Shown here in pieces: positions 47,749-56,301 of a stretch of DNA of 64,000 bases. This stretch comes from an uncultured Eubacteriales bacterium (GTDB lineage Bacteria; Acidobacteriota; Aminicenantia; Aminicenantales; Aminicenantaceae): positions 2,399 through 66,398 of the forward strand of contig CAZSZS010000172.1 in assembly GCA_964611275.1 (NCBI GenBank). Direction: 5' to 3'. The stretch's first letter is position 1; every line of letters starts with the position of its first letter. Both the position numbers and the translations under genes were made by a program. The notes beneath the pieces were generated by a model that made no database searches, had not been told where the DNA came from, and worked only from the letters and a program-made list of their open reading frames with translations.

Positions 47749-49107
47749 GTGAAAGAAAAGAAGAGAAACATATTCAAGGAAGCAAGATTCCATCCGGCTC
47801 AGTTTCTTGCCATAGGTTTTGTCGTTACTATATTTGTGGGGACCGTTTTGCTGTGCCTGCCCTTCAGCACAACATCCGGTCACATTTCCTTTAGTGATGC
47901 ATTGTTTACTTCGACATCGGCTGTGTGTGTGACAGGACTTATCGTTAAAGATACGGGAACTTATTTTTCTCCCGTAGGACAGGTCATCATAATGATGCTT
48001 TTTCAAATTGGAGGCCTAGGGATTATGACCTTTTCAACCCTTGTTCTTCTGGTGGCCGGGAAAAGGATCGCTATCAAGGAAAGCATCTCTTTAAAGGAAG
48101 ATTACCTTCATACTTCTTCCTTAAGGGTTCAGTCTTTGATAAAAAATATTTTCCTCTACACTCTGGGGATAGAATTTTTCGGGACGCTTGTTTTTTATAT
48201 GCGATTCCATAACAAGCTTGCGCACGGAAAAGCTCTGTTTCATTCGCTGTTTCACTCCATTTCTGCATTTTGTAATGCGGGATTCTGCCTTTATGAAGAC
48301 AGCTTTAAGTCGTTCAGGGGAGATGTCGGGATCAATCTCAACCTTATGGTATTGATAGTATTAGGTGGCCTTGGTTTTATAGTGCTGAGGGAAACCGCAG
48401 GTTCTTTTTCCGGGTTGCTGAAGAAAGAACACGTCAGGTTTTCTCTTCATACAAAACTGGTGTTAAAAGTGACCTTTTTGCTTCTTTTGTTATCTTCTGC
48501 CTTGTTCTTTGTTTTGGAGTACAATCATTCTTTGAAAGATTATTCAACCGGGGAGAAGATACTCTCCTCTCTTTTCCAGGTTGTGACTCCGCGGACAGCT
48601 GGTTTCAACACAATGGATATGAATGCTCTTGGTTTGGGAGCGGTGTTTCTTTTGATTCTTTTGATGTTTGTGGGGGCTTCGCCGGGTTCGACCGGAGGAG
48701 GAGTAAAGACAAGTACTGTAGGGGCCGTGTTTGCTTTTTTGAAATCAAAGATTTTAGCCAGAGAAACAGTGAATGTGTCTTTTCGCACGATTCCCTTTGC
48801 ATTGATCACAAAGGCATTTACCGTGGTCACTCTAGGAATATGTGTTATTTGTGCCTCGATATTTCTTCTTCTTATAAGTCAGCCCGGAGTGAGTATGAAG
48901 GAAGCGGTTTTTGAAGTTTTTTCCGCTTTTGGTACGGTGGGCCTTTCCCTTGGGCTCACTCCAAGATTGAATGATATTGGAAAGATCGTCATTGTAATGA
49001 CCATGTATATCGGAAGGATAGGGCCTCTGACTTTTCTCTATGCTTTCAGCCGGATAAGGGCTAAAGGAAAGTATGATTATGTTGAAGAATCCATCATGAT
49101 AGGATAG
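47749..49107 (+). CDS. trkH: TrkH/KtrB-family potassium uptake membrane protein
   Basis: 452 aa with a GTG start. Polytopic, with repeated selectivity-filter-like TGLIV / GGLG / NAGF / TAGFN / GGGVKT segments. Confidence 0.88.
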   Translation: MKEKKRNIFKEARFHPAQFLAIGFVVTIFVGTVLLCLPFSTTSGHISFSDALFTSTSAVCVTGLIVKDTGTYFSPVGQVIIMMLFQIGGLGIMTFSTLVLLVAGKRIAIKESISLKEDYLHTSSLRVQSLIKNIFLYTLGIEFFGTLVFYMRFHNKLAHGKALFHSLFHSISAFCNAGFCLYEDSFKSFRGDVGINLNLMVLIVLGGLGFIVLRETAGSFSGLLKKEHVRFSLHTKLVLKVTFLLLLLSSALFFVLEYNHSLKDYSTGEKILSSLFQVVTPRTAGFNTMDMNALGLGAVFLLILLMFVGASPGSTGGGVKTSTVGAVFAFLKSKILARETVNVSFRTIPFALITKAFTVVTLGICVICASIFLLLISQPGVSMKEAVFEVFSAFGTVGLSLGLTPRLNDIGKIVIVMTMYIGRIGPLTFLYAFSRIRAKGKYDYVEESIMIG

Positions 49108-49124
49108 AATTTATTGTCAGGAGT

Positions 49125-49781
49125 TTGGATATGAAATTCGGAGTTATCGGACTGGGAAGTTTTGGCTATCATATTGCAAAGACTTTGTTTGAGATGGGAG
49201 AAGATGTTTTAGCCATTGACAAAGATAAGGAAAGAGTTGACAGGATGAAGAACTGTTCTTCACATGCTGTTCATATGGAGGCTGCGGACAAAGAAAATCT
49301 TCAGGCAGTCGGAATTCAGGAAATGGACGTGGTCATTATAAGCTTAGGGCCTAATATGGAAGGGTCCATACTCGCCGTGCATTATCTTTCAGGGATGAAA
49401 ATAAAACGGATCATAGCCAAAGCCCTTTCCGAAGACCATGCTAAGATCCTGGAGGCTGTGGGGGCAACGGATGTCATTTATCCTGAGAGGGACATGGCAG
49501 TTAAAACCGCTTTGAAGCTGAGCAATCCCAATGTGCTTGAGTTTCTCCCTTTATCCTCAGGTATTGAGATAAGAGAAATAGCTCCGCCTGAGGAATTCAT
49601 CGGGAAAAATTTAAAGGAATTGGATCTGATCAACAGGTTCGAGATACAGGTCATCGCTGTCAAAGGCCTGGTGCCGGAAAAGACCACGCTGATACCCAAG
49701 GCGGATTTTGTCATCAAAGACAGCGATGTTTTGGTTGTTATTGGGCCTAAAAAACAGCTAAAAAAAATCAGCTCAATGTAG
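49125..49781 (+). CDS. trkA: TrkA/KtrA-family K+ uptake regulatory protein (RCK, NAD-binding)
   Basis: 218 aa with VIGLGSFG (Rossmann motif) and a C-terminal RCK_C. The size fits KtrA-type. Confidence 0.88.
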   Translation: MDMKFGVIGLGSFGYHIAKTLFEMGEDVLAIDKDKERVDRMKNCSSHAVHMEAADKENLQAVGIQEMDVVIISLGPNMEGSILAVHYLSGMKIKRIIAKALSEDHAKILEAVGATDVIYPERDMAVKTALKLSNPNVLEFLPLSSGIEIREIAPPEEFIGKNLKELDLINRFEIQVIAVKGLVPEKTTLIPKADFVIKDSDVLVVIGPKKQLKKISSM

Positions 49782-52115
49782 CAGGGTCTCGCATATTTTG
49801 AGCGCGACCTGTTTGGCAAACAGGCCGCTTTCTTTAGTGGGCCCCACACATGAGGGGCACCCTTCTTTACAGGGGCATGCTTGGATGGTTTTCAGACAGT
49901 ATTCGAGAAGTCTCTTCTCAAGTTCAAAGAGAGAAGGACTCAACCCGATGCCTCCAGGGAAATTATCATAAATAAAGATATTGGGTTCAAAGTCTTCCTG
50001 AGAAAAATCTATGGGTCGTTCCTCTTTCATCATTTTTAGCCTTATGTCCCTGGGAGGGACAGACTTTCCGGTGGAGTTGTCTCCAACGGATACTCCGATG
50101 TCGTGCAGATCGCACATCATAAAGATAGGCGAGACATGATGCAGGCAGTAGGACAGTCCAAAAAGCCCGTTTATTTTTTGTTCCGTTGAAAAGTCAAGGG
50201 ACTTAAGTAGGGAGGCCGGAATGGTAAGCCAGTAGGCTGTGGTGTGCATTTCATTCTGAGGGAGCTTTAGATCCCCGGCTCCCACATTTTCCATTGTATG
50301 AAATTTGATCTTTTTAAAGCCAACGACCTGAGTTGCCACATGGACTTCTCCATGGGATGTGCGGCAGTTTCCAAGGTCCTTCTGTTCGAATTCATCCAGT
50401 ATTTTGATCTTTGTATAATCTATGGCATCCGTATAATAATCCACGTCCGTCTTTTTCACATATGCTTTTCTCTGCTCAAAGTCAAGTTTTTGCACATAAT
50501 ACTGCACTCCCTCGCACATGTAGATGGCTTTCGGATGGAGGGTTGTCAGGGCAGTTGGAAAATCGACCTCTGCGACCACATCTGTTTTCTGAGTGGTGTC
50601 CACAACGACAAAATTATCAGAGCTGATGCTCCTGAGGCTTACGGCGTCCGCAGGATAAGCATCGGAGGCCCAGTACCATTTGTCTTTTGAATGCGTGACG
50701 AGATTTTCGTCTTCAAGAAAATTGAGAATATCGCTGATCTCAACACGGCCGAATTTTTCTCCGTCTTTAAAGGGAAGTTCAAAAGCAGCGCACTCCACAT
50801 GGTTGACAAGAATGGACAGGTTATCCGGATTTATCAGAGATTTTTCCGGGTTTTTTGAAAAGAAATAATCCGGATTATTGATAATGAATTGATCCAGAGG
50901 GGAACTTGAGGCGACGAGAACCGCACATGAAGTGCCTGATTTGCGTCCGGCTCTGCCGGCCCTCTGCCAGGTGCTTGAAATAGAACCCGGATATCCGGCT
51001 AGAACAGCCACGTCCAGGCTTCCGATGTCTATCCCCAGCTCCAGGGCGTTGGTGGAAACCACACCAATGATCTTCCCTTCCCTTAATTTCTTTTCGATCT
51101 CTCTCCGTTTTTTGGGGAGATATCCCCCGCGGTATCCCCGTATCAATCCTTCATATTGGATTTTGTTTTCAAAGTTGTGTTTGAGGTAGGTGAGAAGGAC
51201 TTCTGTGATAAGGCGGCTCTGAGCAAAAACAATGGTCTGGAGTCTTTGTTTAAGAAAAACAGAAGCCACGGACCTGGTCTCGTTCACATAGGAGCGTCTG
51301 ATTCCCAGGTATCTGTTGACAACAGGAGGATTGTAAAATATGAAATATTTTTCACCGCGCGGAGCTCCGTTTTCATCAACAAGGGAGACAGGCTCCTCTA
51401 TGGTTTTTTGTGACATCTCCTGAGGATTGGCAATGGTCGCCGTGCAGAGAATAAATTGAGGTGATGACCCATAAAAAGCAGCTATCCTTTTAAGCCTTCT
51501 TAATATATTAGCAAGGTGACTTCCGAATATGCCTCTGTAATTATGAAGTTCGTCAATAACGATATATTTCAGGTTTTCAAACAGCTTGATCCATTTCGTA
51601 TGGTGGGGAAGAATGCCCGTGTGGAGCATATCAGGGTTTGTTATGATGATATGCCCCCTGGCTCTTATGGCTTTCCGGGCGTCCTGGGGAGTGTCTCCAT
51701 CATAGGTGAAGATCCTGACCTCATCAGGCAAAAGAGCGATGGTGTCGTCCAGTTCTGCTCTCTGGTCCTGGGAAAGAGCTTTTGTCGGGAAAATATATAT
51801 GGACCGTGCCGAGGCATTTTTCAGGATGGAGTCCAGTACAGGAAGATTATAGCAGAGAGTTTTTCCCGAGGCCGTAGGAGTGACGACCACAAAGTTTTTC
51901 TTTTCCTGAGAAAGCTGCCAGGAATCGAACTGGTGCGTATAGAGCCTGGAGAATCCTTTTTGCTTGAATGCTTTGACAAGGGAAGGATGAATATCTGATG
52001 GGTATTCTTTGAAGAGGCCCTGTTTTGGAGGGATGTGCTTTATGATTTTAATGGAGTTAGACCGGCTTCCCATGACTTTTAATTGGTCCAGGGATTTCAA
52101 TATGTTTTTTTCCAT
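49773..52115 (-). CDS. DEAD/DEAH-box helicase with a C-terminal DUF1998/MrfA zinc domain (YprA/MrfA/Hrq1-like)
   Basis: 780 aa with TPTASGKT, VIDELHNYRG, CTATIANP, RAGRAGR and a C-terminal CPCKEGCPSCVGP. Confidence 0.8.
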   Translation of the reverse strand: MEKNILKSLDQLKVMGSRSNSIKIIKHIPPKQGLFKEYPSDIHPSLVKAFKQKGFSRLYTHQFDSWQLSQEKKNFVVVTPTASGKTLCYNLPVLDSILKNASARSIYIFPTKALSQDQRAELDDTIALLPDEVRIFTYDGDTPQDARKAIRARGHIIITNPDMLHTGILPHHTKWIKLFENLKYIVIDELHNYRGIFGSHLANILRRLKRIAAFYGSSPQFILCTATIANPQEMSQKTIEEPVSLVDENGAPRGEKYFIFYNPPVVNRYLGIRRSYVNETRSVASVFLKQRLQTIVFAQSRLITEVLLTYLKHNFENKIQYEGLIRGYRGGYLPKKRREIEKKLREGKIIGVVSTNALELGIDIGSLDVAVLAGYPGSISSTWQRAGRAGRKSGTSCAVLVASSSPLDQFIINNPDYFFSKNPEKSLINPDNLSILVNHVECAAFELPFKDGEKFGRVEISDILNFLEDENLVTHSKDKWYWASDAYPADAVSLRSISSDNFVVVDTTQKTDVVAEVDFPTALTTLHPKAIYMCEGVQYYVQKLDFEQRKAYVKKTDVDYYTDAIDYTKIKILDEFEQKDLGNCRTSHGEVHVATQVVGFKKIKFHTMENVGAGDLKLPQNEMHTTAYWLTIPASLLKSLDFSTEQKINGLFGLSYCLHHVSPIFMMCDLHDIGVSVGDNSTGKSVPPRDIRLKMMKEERPIDFSQEDFEPNIFIYDNFPGGIGLSPSLFELEKRLLEYCLKTIQACPCKEGCPSCVGPTKESGLFAKQVALKICETLLH

Positions 52116-52202
52116 ATTTTAATTACTTAATTCCTTTACACGAGTTTTTATATTAACTTGGTTAGGTCTATTCATACATTGTTGGTAAAAAAAAGTAAAT
52201 TG

Positions 52203-52218
52203 TTCAAGCAAGTGAACA
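52203..52218 (+). repeat. left copy of a 16-nt direct repeat (TTCAAGCAAGTGAACA) flanking the AT-rich sulfatase-like gene
   Basis: Matches 53685..53700 at 14/16 positions. Both copies lie in short intergenic spacers. Confidence 0.6.
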
Positions 52219-52244
52219 GCATTCGGAAATTAAAGTTGATATCA

Positions 52245-53636
52245 TTATTTAATATATCCCAGTGTCCTTAAATTTTCCAATGCTTTTTCTGATAATTTTT
52301 TGGCTTCTTCTGTTTTTTTATGGCTGTTTAAGTAATTATGGATTGACCTATATTCATTATACTTTTTCTCAAGTCGTTCAGATAAATCTCTGTGCTTTGT
52401 AATAATATTGTTTTTTTCATTGGGGTCATTGAAGAAATTAAAAAGATATCGGTTTTGCGTTTTTAATTCTTCACAGGTCTCTGGTTTTAGATAGGTAAAA
52501 TGGTATCCGTTTTTTGTAATGACAGCAAAGCTTCCTGATCCAATTATGTATAAGAGTCTCTTTTTATGTTTTCTTAAAAGAGAAATGCCTTGAATGTCTT
52601 GGTGGGGTTGCAATCCAGCTATATGCAGTATTGTTGGGTAAATATCCATAAGACTTACAGGCCTGGTTATGACCTGTGGCTTAAAGTCCGGAAGATAAGC
52701 GATTATTGGGACTCTAATACCAGGACTAAAAGTCAGCTTGCCATGATTAAAGAAATAATTGTATTCTCCTATGTCCTCGCCATGATCTGAAGAGATAATA
52801 AAGAGAGTGTTCTCATGCCAACTTTTTTTGTAGAAAACGTCAATTATTCTGCCTATTTCCTCATCTGCATATTTAATAGCTCCTTCATATAAAGAAGTAA
52901 AGTATCCTTCAAAGGGATGATCCTTTAGTAGTGTGCGTTCATGTGTGGTTCCAGCCACTATTTTATTTTTTATTTGTGTTATATCTCTTCCTTTATATTT
53001 TTGCTCGACATATTTTTCAGGGGGCATATAAGGTGTATGTGTTTCCATATAGTGAAGCCATAAAAAAAACGGAGTGTCCCTTTTTTTGCTTAAGAATTGG
53101 ATCCCTTTTTCCGTAATGTATCGAGTTGACTCTTTTTTATCATCTATGTTCTCCCAAACTTCAATATATTTATTAAATCCCTGGTTGAATTGAAAAACTT
53201 TTGATAAATTTGCATTATCTACACACGCATAATTATAGTAACCTTTCAGCCTTAATGCTTCAGCTAAGGTGATGTTTTTGTAAGCTAGAGGACCTTGTGT
53301 GGGTCTTGTTTTGTGAACATATGGATGAAGTCCTGTCATTATTGAAGCAATAGATGCTGACGTTTTTGGGATAGTGCAATATGCATTTTTAAACAATAAT
53401 GATCTTTTTGAGAACTCATCTATCTTGGGACAGGTTTCATATTTGTATCCATAACAACTCATGCTATCTGATCTTAAGGCATCTACAGTTATTAATATTA
53501 TATTGAGATTTATGTCGGTATCGGAATATTCCCTATCAAACAAAGGAAAAAAGGCTATGGCTATGATACAAAGAAACGATAAAAAGATAATCAGAAAAAA
53601 AATATGATATTTTTTCATCTTCTGCTGATGTAACAA
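52245..53636 (-). CDS. membrane-anchored sulfatase-like (alkaline-phosphatase superfamily) hydrolase/transferase
   Basis: 463 aa with an N-terminal TM, ILITVDALRSDSMSCYGY and CTIPKTSASIASIMTGLHP (a non-canonical nucleophile motif rather than CxPxR). Markedly AT-rich. Confidence 0.7.
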   Translation of the reverse strand: MLHQQKMKKYHIFFLIIFLSFLCIIAIAFFPLFDREYSDTDINLNIILITVDALRSDSMSCYGYKYETCPKIDEFSKRSLLFKNAYCTIPKTSASIASIMTGLHPYVHKTRPTQGPLAYKNITLAEALRLKGYYNYACVDNANLSKVFQFNQGFNKYIEVWENIDDKKESTRYITEKGIQFLSKKRDTPFFLWLHYMETHTPYMPPEKYVEQKYKGRDITQIKNKIVAGTTHERTLLKDHPFEGYFTSLYEGAIKYADEEIGRIIDVFYKKSWHENTLFIISSDHGEDIGEYNYFFNHGKLTFSPGIRVPIIAYLPDFKPQVITRPVSLMDIYPTILHIAGLQPHQDIQGISLLRKHKKRLLYIIGSGSFAVITKNGYHFTYLKPETCEELKTQNRYLFNFFNDPNEKNNIITKHRDLSERLEKKYNEYRSIHNYLNSHKKTEEAKKLSEKALENLRTLGYIK

Positions 53637-53684
53637 ATCAGAGAAAAACTCCTCTCATTAAATCATAATAATAGAATGAGTTAA

Positions 53685-53700
53685 TTCATGCAAGTGAATA
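53685..53700 (+). repeat. right copy of the 16-nt direct repeat (TTCATGCAAGTGAATA)
   Basis: See 52203..52218. Confidence 0.6.
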
Positions 53701-53705
53701 TACTA

Positions 53706-53717
53706 GGGGACGTCCCC
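53706..53717. promoter_or_regulatory. perfect 12-bp palindrome GGGGACGTCCCC 44 nt upstream of uvrA (candidate operator)
   Basis: Read directly. A loop-less palindrome is more consistent with a dimeric DNA-binding site than with an RNA hairpin. Confidence 0.25.
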
Positions 53718-53760
53718 ATGATGTTGCCTAAATCAAGAGAAAGGAATACAATATCCGGTC

Positions 53761-56277
53761 ATGCTGAATGAGATACGAATAAAGAAGGCCGCCCAGCATA
53801 ATCTCAAAAACATTGATGTGAACCTCCCCAGAAACAAGATGATTGTGGTCACAGGGCCCAGCGGGTCGGGTAAATCATCCCTTGCCTTTGATACCCTGTT
53901 TGCTGAAGGCCAGAGAAGATACATAGAATGTCTTTCAGCTTATGCCAGGCAGTATATAGAACAGATGGAGAAACCAGAGGTCGAGTCCATTGAGGGAATA
54001 TCACCTTCTATTTCCATCGATCAGAAGACCATATCAACGAATCCTCGGTCCACGGTCGGGACCGTCACCGAGATATATGATTTTCTCAGACTGCTGTTTG
54101 CCCGAGTGGGCACCCCTCACTGTCCCGAATGCGGACGGGAGGTCAGTTCTCAGACATCGGATCAGATACTAGAGAGGATCAAGCAAAAAAATAAAGGCCG
54201 GACCGTGAGAATCCTCTCTCCGGTGATCAAAGGGAGAAAGGGTGAATACCTGAAGCTTTTTGAAAGGATGAGAAGAAAAGGATTTCTCCGTGTGCGTGTA
54301 GATAGAGAGTTTCACGAGCTGGAGGATGAAATATACCTGGCTAAAACTAAAGTGCATGATATCGAGATCCTTATAGATGAGGTTTCTGTGTCAGAGAAAT
54401 CGGCCCTAAGGATAAAGGAAGCGGTGGACAGGGCCCTGGAGTTGTCAGAGGGGGATTTGCTTCTTTTGGATCCTGAGGGAGATGAGACTTTTTATTCCTT
54501 GAATCTCATATGCCCTTACTGTGAGATAAATCTTCCTGAACTGGAGCCCAGGACATTTTCGTTCAACAGCCCTTACGGAGCCTGTCCGTACTGCAACGGT
54601 ATTGGATTCCAGACCAGGATAGACACCCGCGGGAATCTTCATGTGAGCGATGATCTCTGTCATTATTGCGGGGGGAGCCGTCTCAAGAAAGAGAGCACTT
54701 GTGTAAAGATAGGAGGCAAGGATATTTTTCAATTAAGCTGTCTTCCTATAACCAGTCTGATGGAAGAGGTCAAAGGATTTGAGTTTAAAGGAGAAAACCA
54801 CGTTGTTGCGTCCAGGATTTTAAAAGAGATCGAATCGCGCCTTCATATCATTGAAAGATTAGGCATGTCGTATCTTCATCTGGCAAGGACCACTTCTTCG
54901 CTTTCAGGGGGTGAGGCGCGACGGATCCGGCTGGCCGCACAGATAGGAATGCAGCTGCGCGGCGTCCTTTATGTGCTGGATGAACCGACCATTGGCCTTC
55001 ACCAGAGGGATAATAAAAGGCTCATCTCTCTGCTGAGAGAGATAAGAGACCAGGGTAATTCAGTCGTTGTGGTAGAACATGACGAGCAGACGATACGCTC
55101 TGCGGATTATATTTTGGACTTGGGGCCCGGGGCAGGGGAAAAAGGAGGGGAGAAAGTCGCAGAAGGAGATTACAGGAGGATTGTCACCCTTTTCAACTCG
55201 CTGACGTCCGAGTATTTAAGGCACGAAAAAGTCATTCCTGTTCCCGGGAAAAGGAGAGTTCCTGAAAAATGGTTGACTGTAAAAAAGGCATCAGAGCATA
55301 ATCTGAAAAAGATCGATGTGCCGTTTCCTCTCTCAGCCTTTACAGTTGTAACTGGGCTTTCCGGATCAGGAAAAAGCACGCTGGTCTATGATATTCTGTA
55401 TAAGAAACTTTCAAATATTTTTCATAAATCAAAAGTCAAACCAGGGGCTCATGAATCTATAAGCGGTTTAGAAAGCGTAAATAAAGTGGTGTCTGTTGAC
55501 CAGAAGCCCATTGGGAGGACTCCCCGCTCTAATCCGGCGACATACACAGGGTTGTTTACTGAATTAAGAAACCTGTTCTCCATGACACCTGAGGCAAAAA
55601 TAAGAGGATACAAAAAGAGCCGGTTCAGTTTTAATGTTCCGGGGGGGCGGTGTGAGGAATGCCGCGGGGCCGGTTCAAAAAAGATTGAGATGCATTTTCT
55701 TCCTGATGTGTATGTCACATGTGACAGGTGCGGTGGCAAACGGTATAATAAGGAAACTCTTGAGGTGCGTTATAAAGGCAAGAGTATTGCTGATTTTCTT
55801 GAGATGACAGTGAGTGAAGCGTATGAATATCTGAAGGCCCACCCGAAGCTGAAATCAAAGTTAGGGATTCTGAAGAGGGTCGGGCTGGGTTATCTGCGGC
55901 TCGGGCAGCCAGCTCCCCATCTTTCAGGAGGGGAGGCCCAGAGGATCAAGCTGACTAAAGAGCTGAGCCGAAAAGACACAGGGCAGACTCTTTATATTTT
56001 GGATGAACCCACAACAGGCCTTCATTTTGACGATGTAAAAAAGCTTTTAAACGTACTTTCCGAGCTGGTTAATTTAGGGAATACGGTCATTGTCATCGAA
56101 CATAACCTTGATGTTATTAAATTTGCGGATTATATTATTGATTTAGGTCCCGGTGGAGGAGATAAAGGCGGCCGTATTGTGGCCTCCGGGTCCCCTGAGG
56201 AGGTTTCCGAGGAGAAAAGATCTTATACTGGTCAGTTCTTAAAAAAACATTTCAGGGAAATGGAATATTTGGTTTGA
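53761..56277 (+). CDS. uvrA: excinuclease ABC subunit UvrA, short variant lacking the insertion domain
   Basis: 838 aa with GPSGSGKSSLAFDT, LSGGEARRIRLA, GLSGSGKST and LSGGEAQRIKL. The zinc cysteine pairs CPECG/CPYCE and CPYCNG/CHYCGG are present, but only 19 residues separate the second pair. Confidence 0.9.
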   Translation: MLNEIRIKKAAQHNLKNIDVNLPRNKMIVVTGPSGSGKSSLAFDTLFAEGQRRYIECLSAYARQYIEQMEKPEVESIEGISPSISIDQKTISTNPRSTVGTVTEIYDFLRLLFARVGTPHCPECGREVSSQTSDQILERIKQKNKGRTVRILSPVIKGRKGEYLKLFERMRRKGFLRVRVDREFHELEDEIYLAKTKVHDIEILIDEVSVSEKSALRIKEAVDRALELSEGDLLLLDPEGDETFYSLNLICPYCEINLPELEPRTFSFNSPYGACPYCNGIGFQTRIDTRGNLHVSDDLCHYCGGSRLKKESTCVKIGGKDIFQLSCLPITSLMEEVKGFEFKGENHVVASRILKEIESRLHIIERLGMSYLHLARTTSSLSGGEARRIRLAAQIGMQLRGVLYVLDEPTIGLHQRDNKRLISLLREIRDQGNSVVVVEHDEQTIRSADYILDLGPGAGEKGGEKVAEGDYRRIVTLFNSLTSEYLRHEKVIPVPGKRRVPEKWLTVKKASEHNLKKIDVPFPLSAFTVVTGLSGSGKSTLVYDILYKKLSNIFHKSKVKPGAHESISGLESVNKVVSVDQKPIGRTPRSNPATYTGLFTELRNLFSMTPEAKIRGYKKSRFSFNVPGGRCEECRGAGSKKIEMHFLPDVYVTCDRCGGKRYNKETLEVRYKGKSIADFLEMTVSEAYEYLKAHPKLKSKLGILKRVGLGYLRLGQPAPHLSGGEAQRIKLTKELSRKDTGQTLYILDEPTTGLHFDDVKKLLNVLSELVNLGNTVIVIEHNLDVIKFADYIIDLGPGGGDKGGRIVASGSPEEVSEEKRSYTGQFLKKHFREMEYLV

Positions 56278-56301
56278 TATAAAAGAAAAAATGGAGGAAA
56301 G

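Noticed and set aside
47405-48006. ORFs 47405..47644 (+, 79 aa) and 47650..48006 (-, 118 aa).
   Set aside because: The first is a read-through of palindromic REP-like units (SSRGAKRRGDL / CHGEEQSDEAIS style peptides). The second is antisense to the trkH 5' end.
49773-53636. DISARM-like or other defence island (helicase-DUF1998 plus adjacent foreign gene).
   Set aside because: There is no methyltransferase, PLD nuclease, SNF2 or other defence partner. The helicase looks like a fused MrfA/YprA-type repair protein and its neighbour is a sulfatase-like enzyme.
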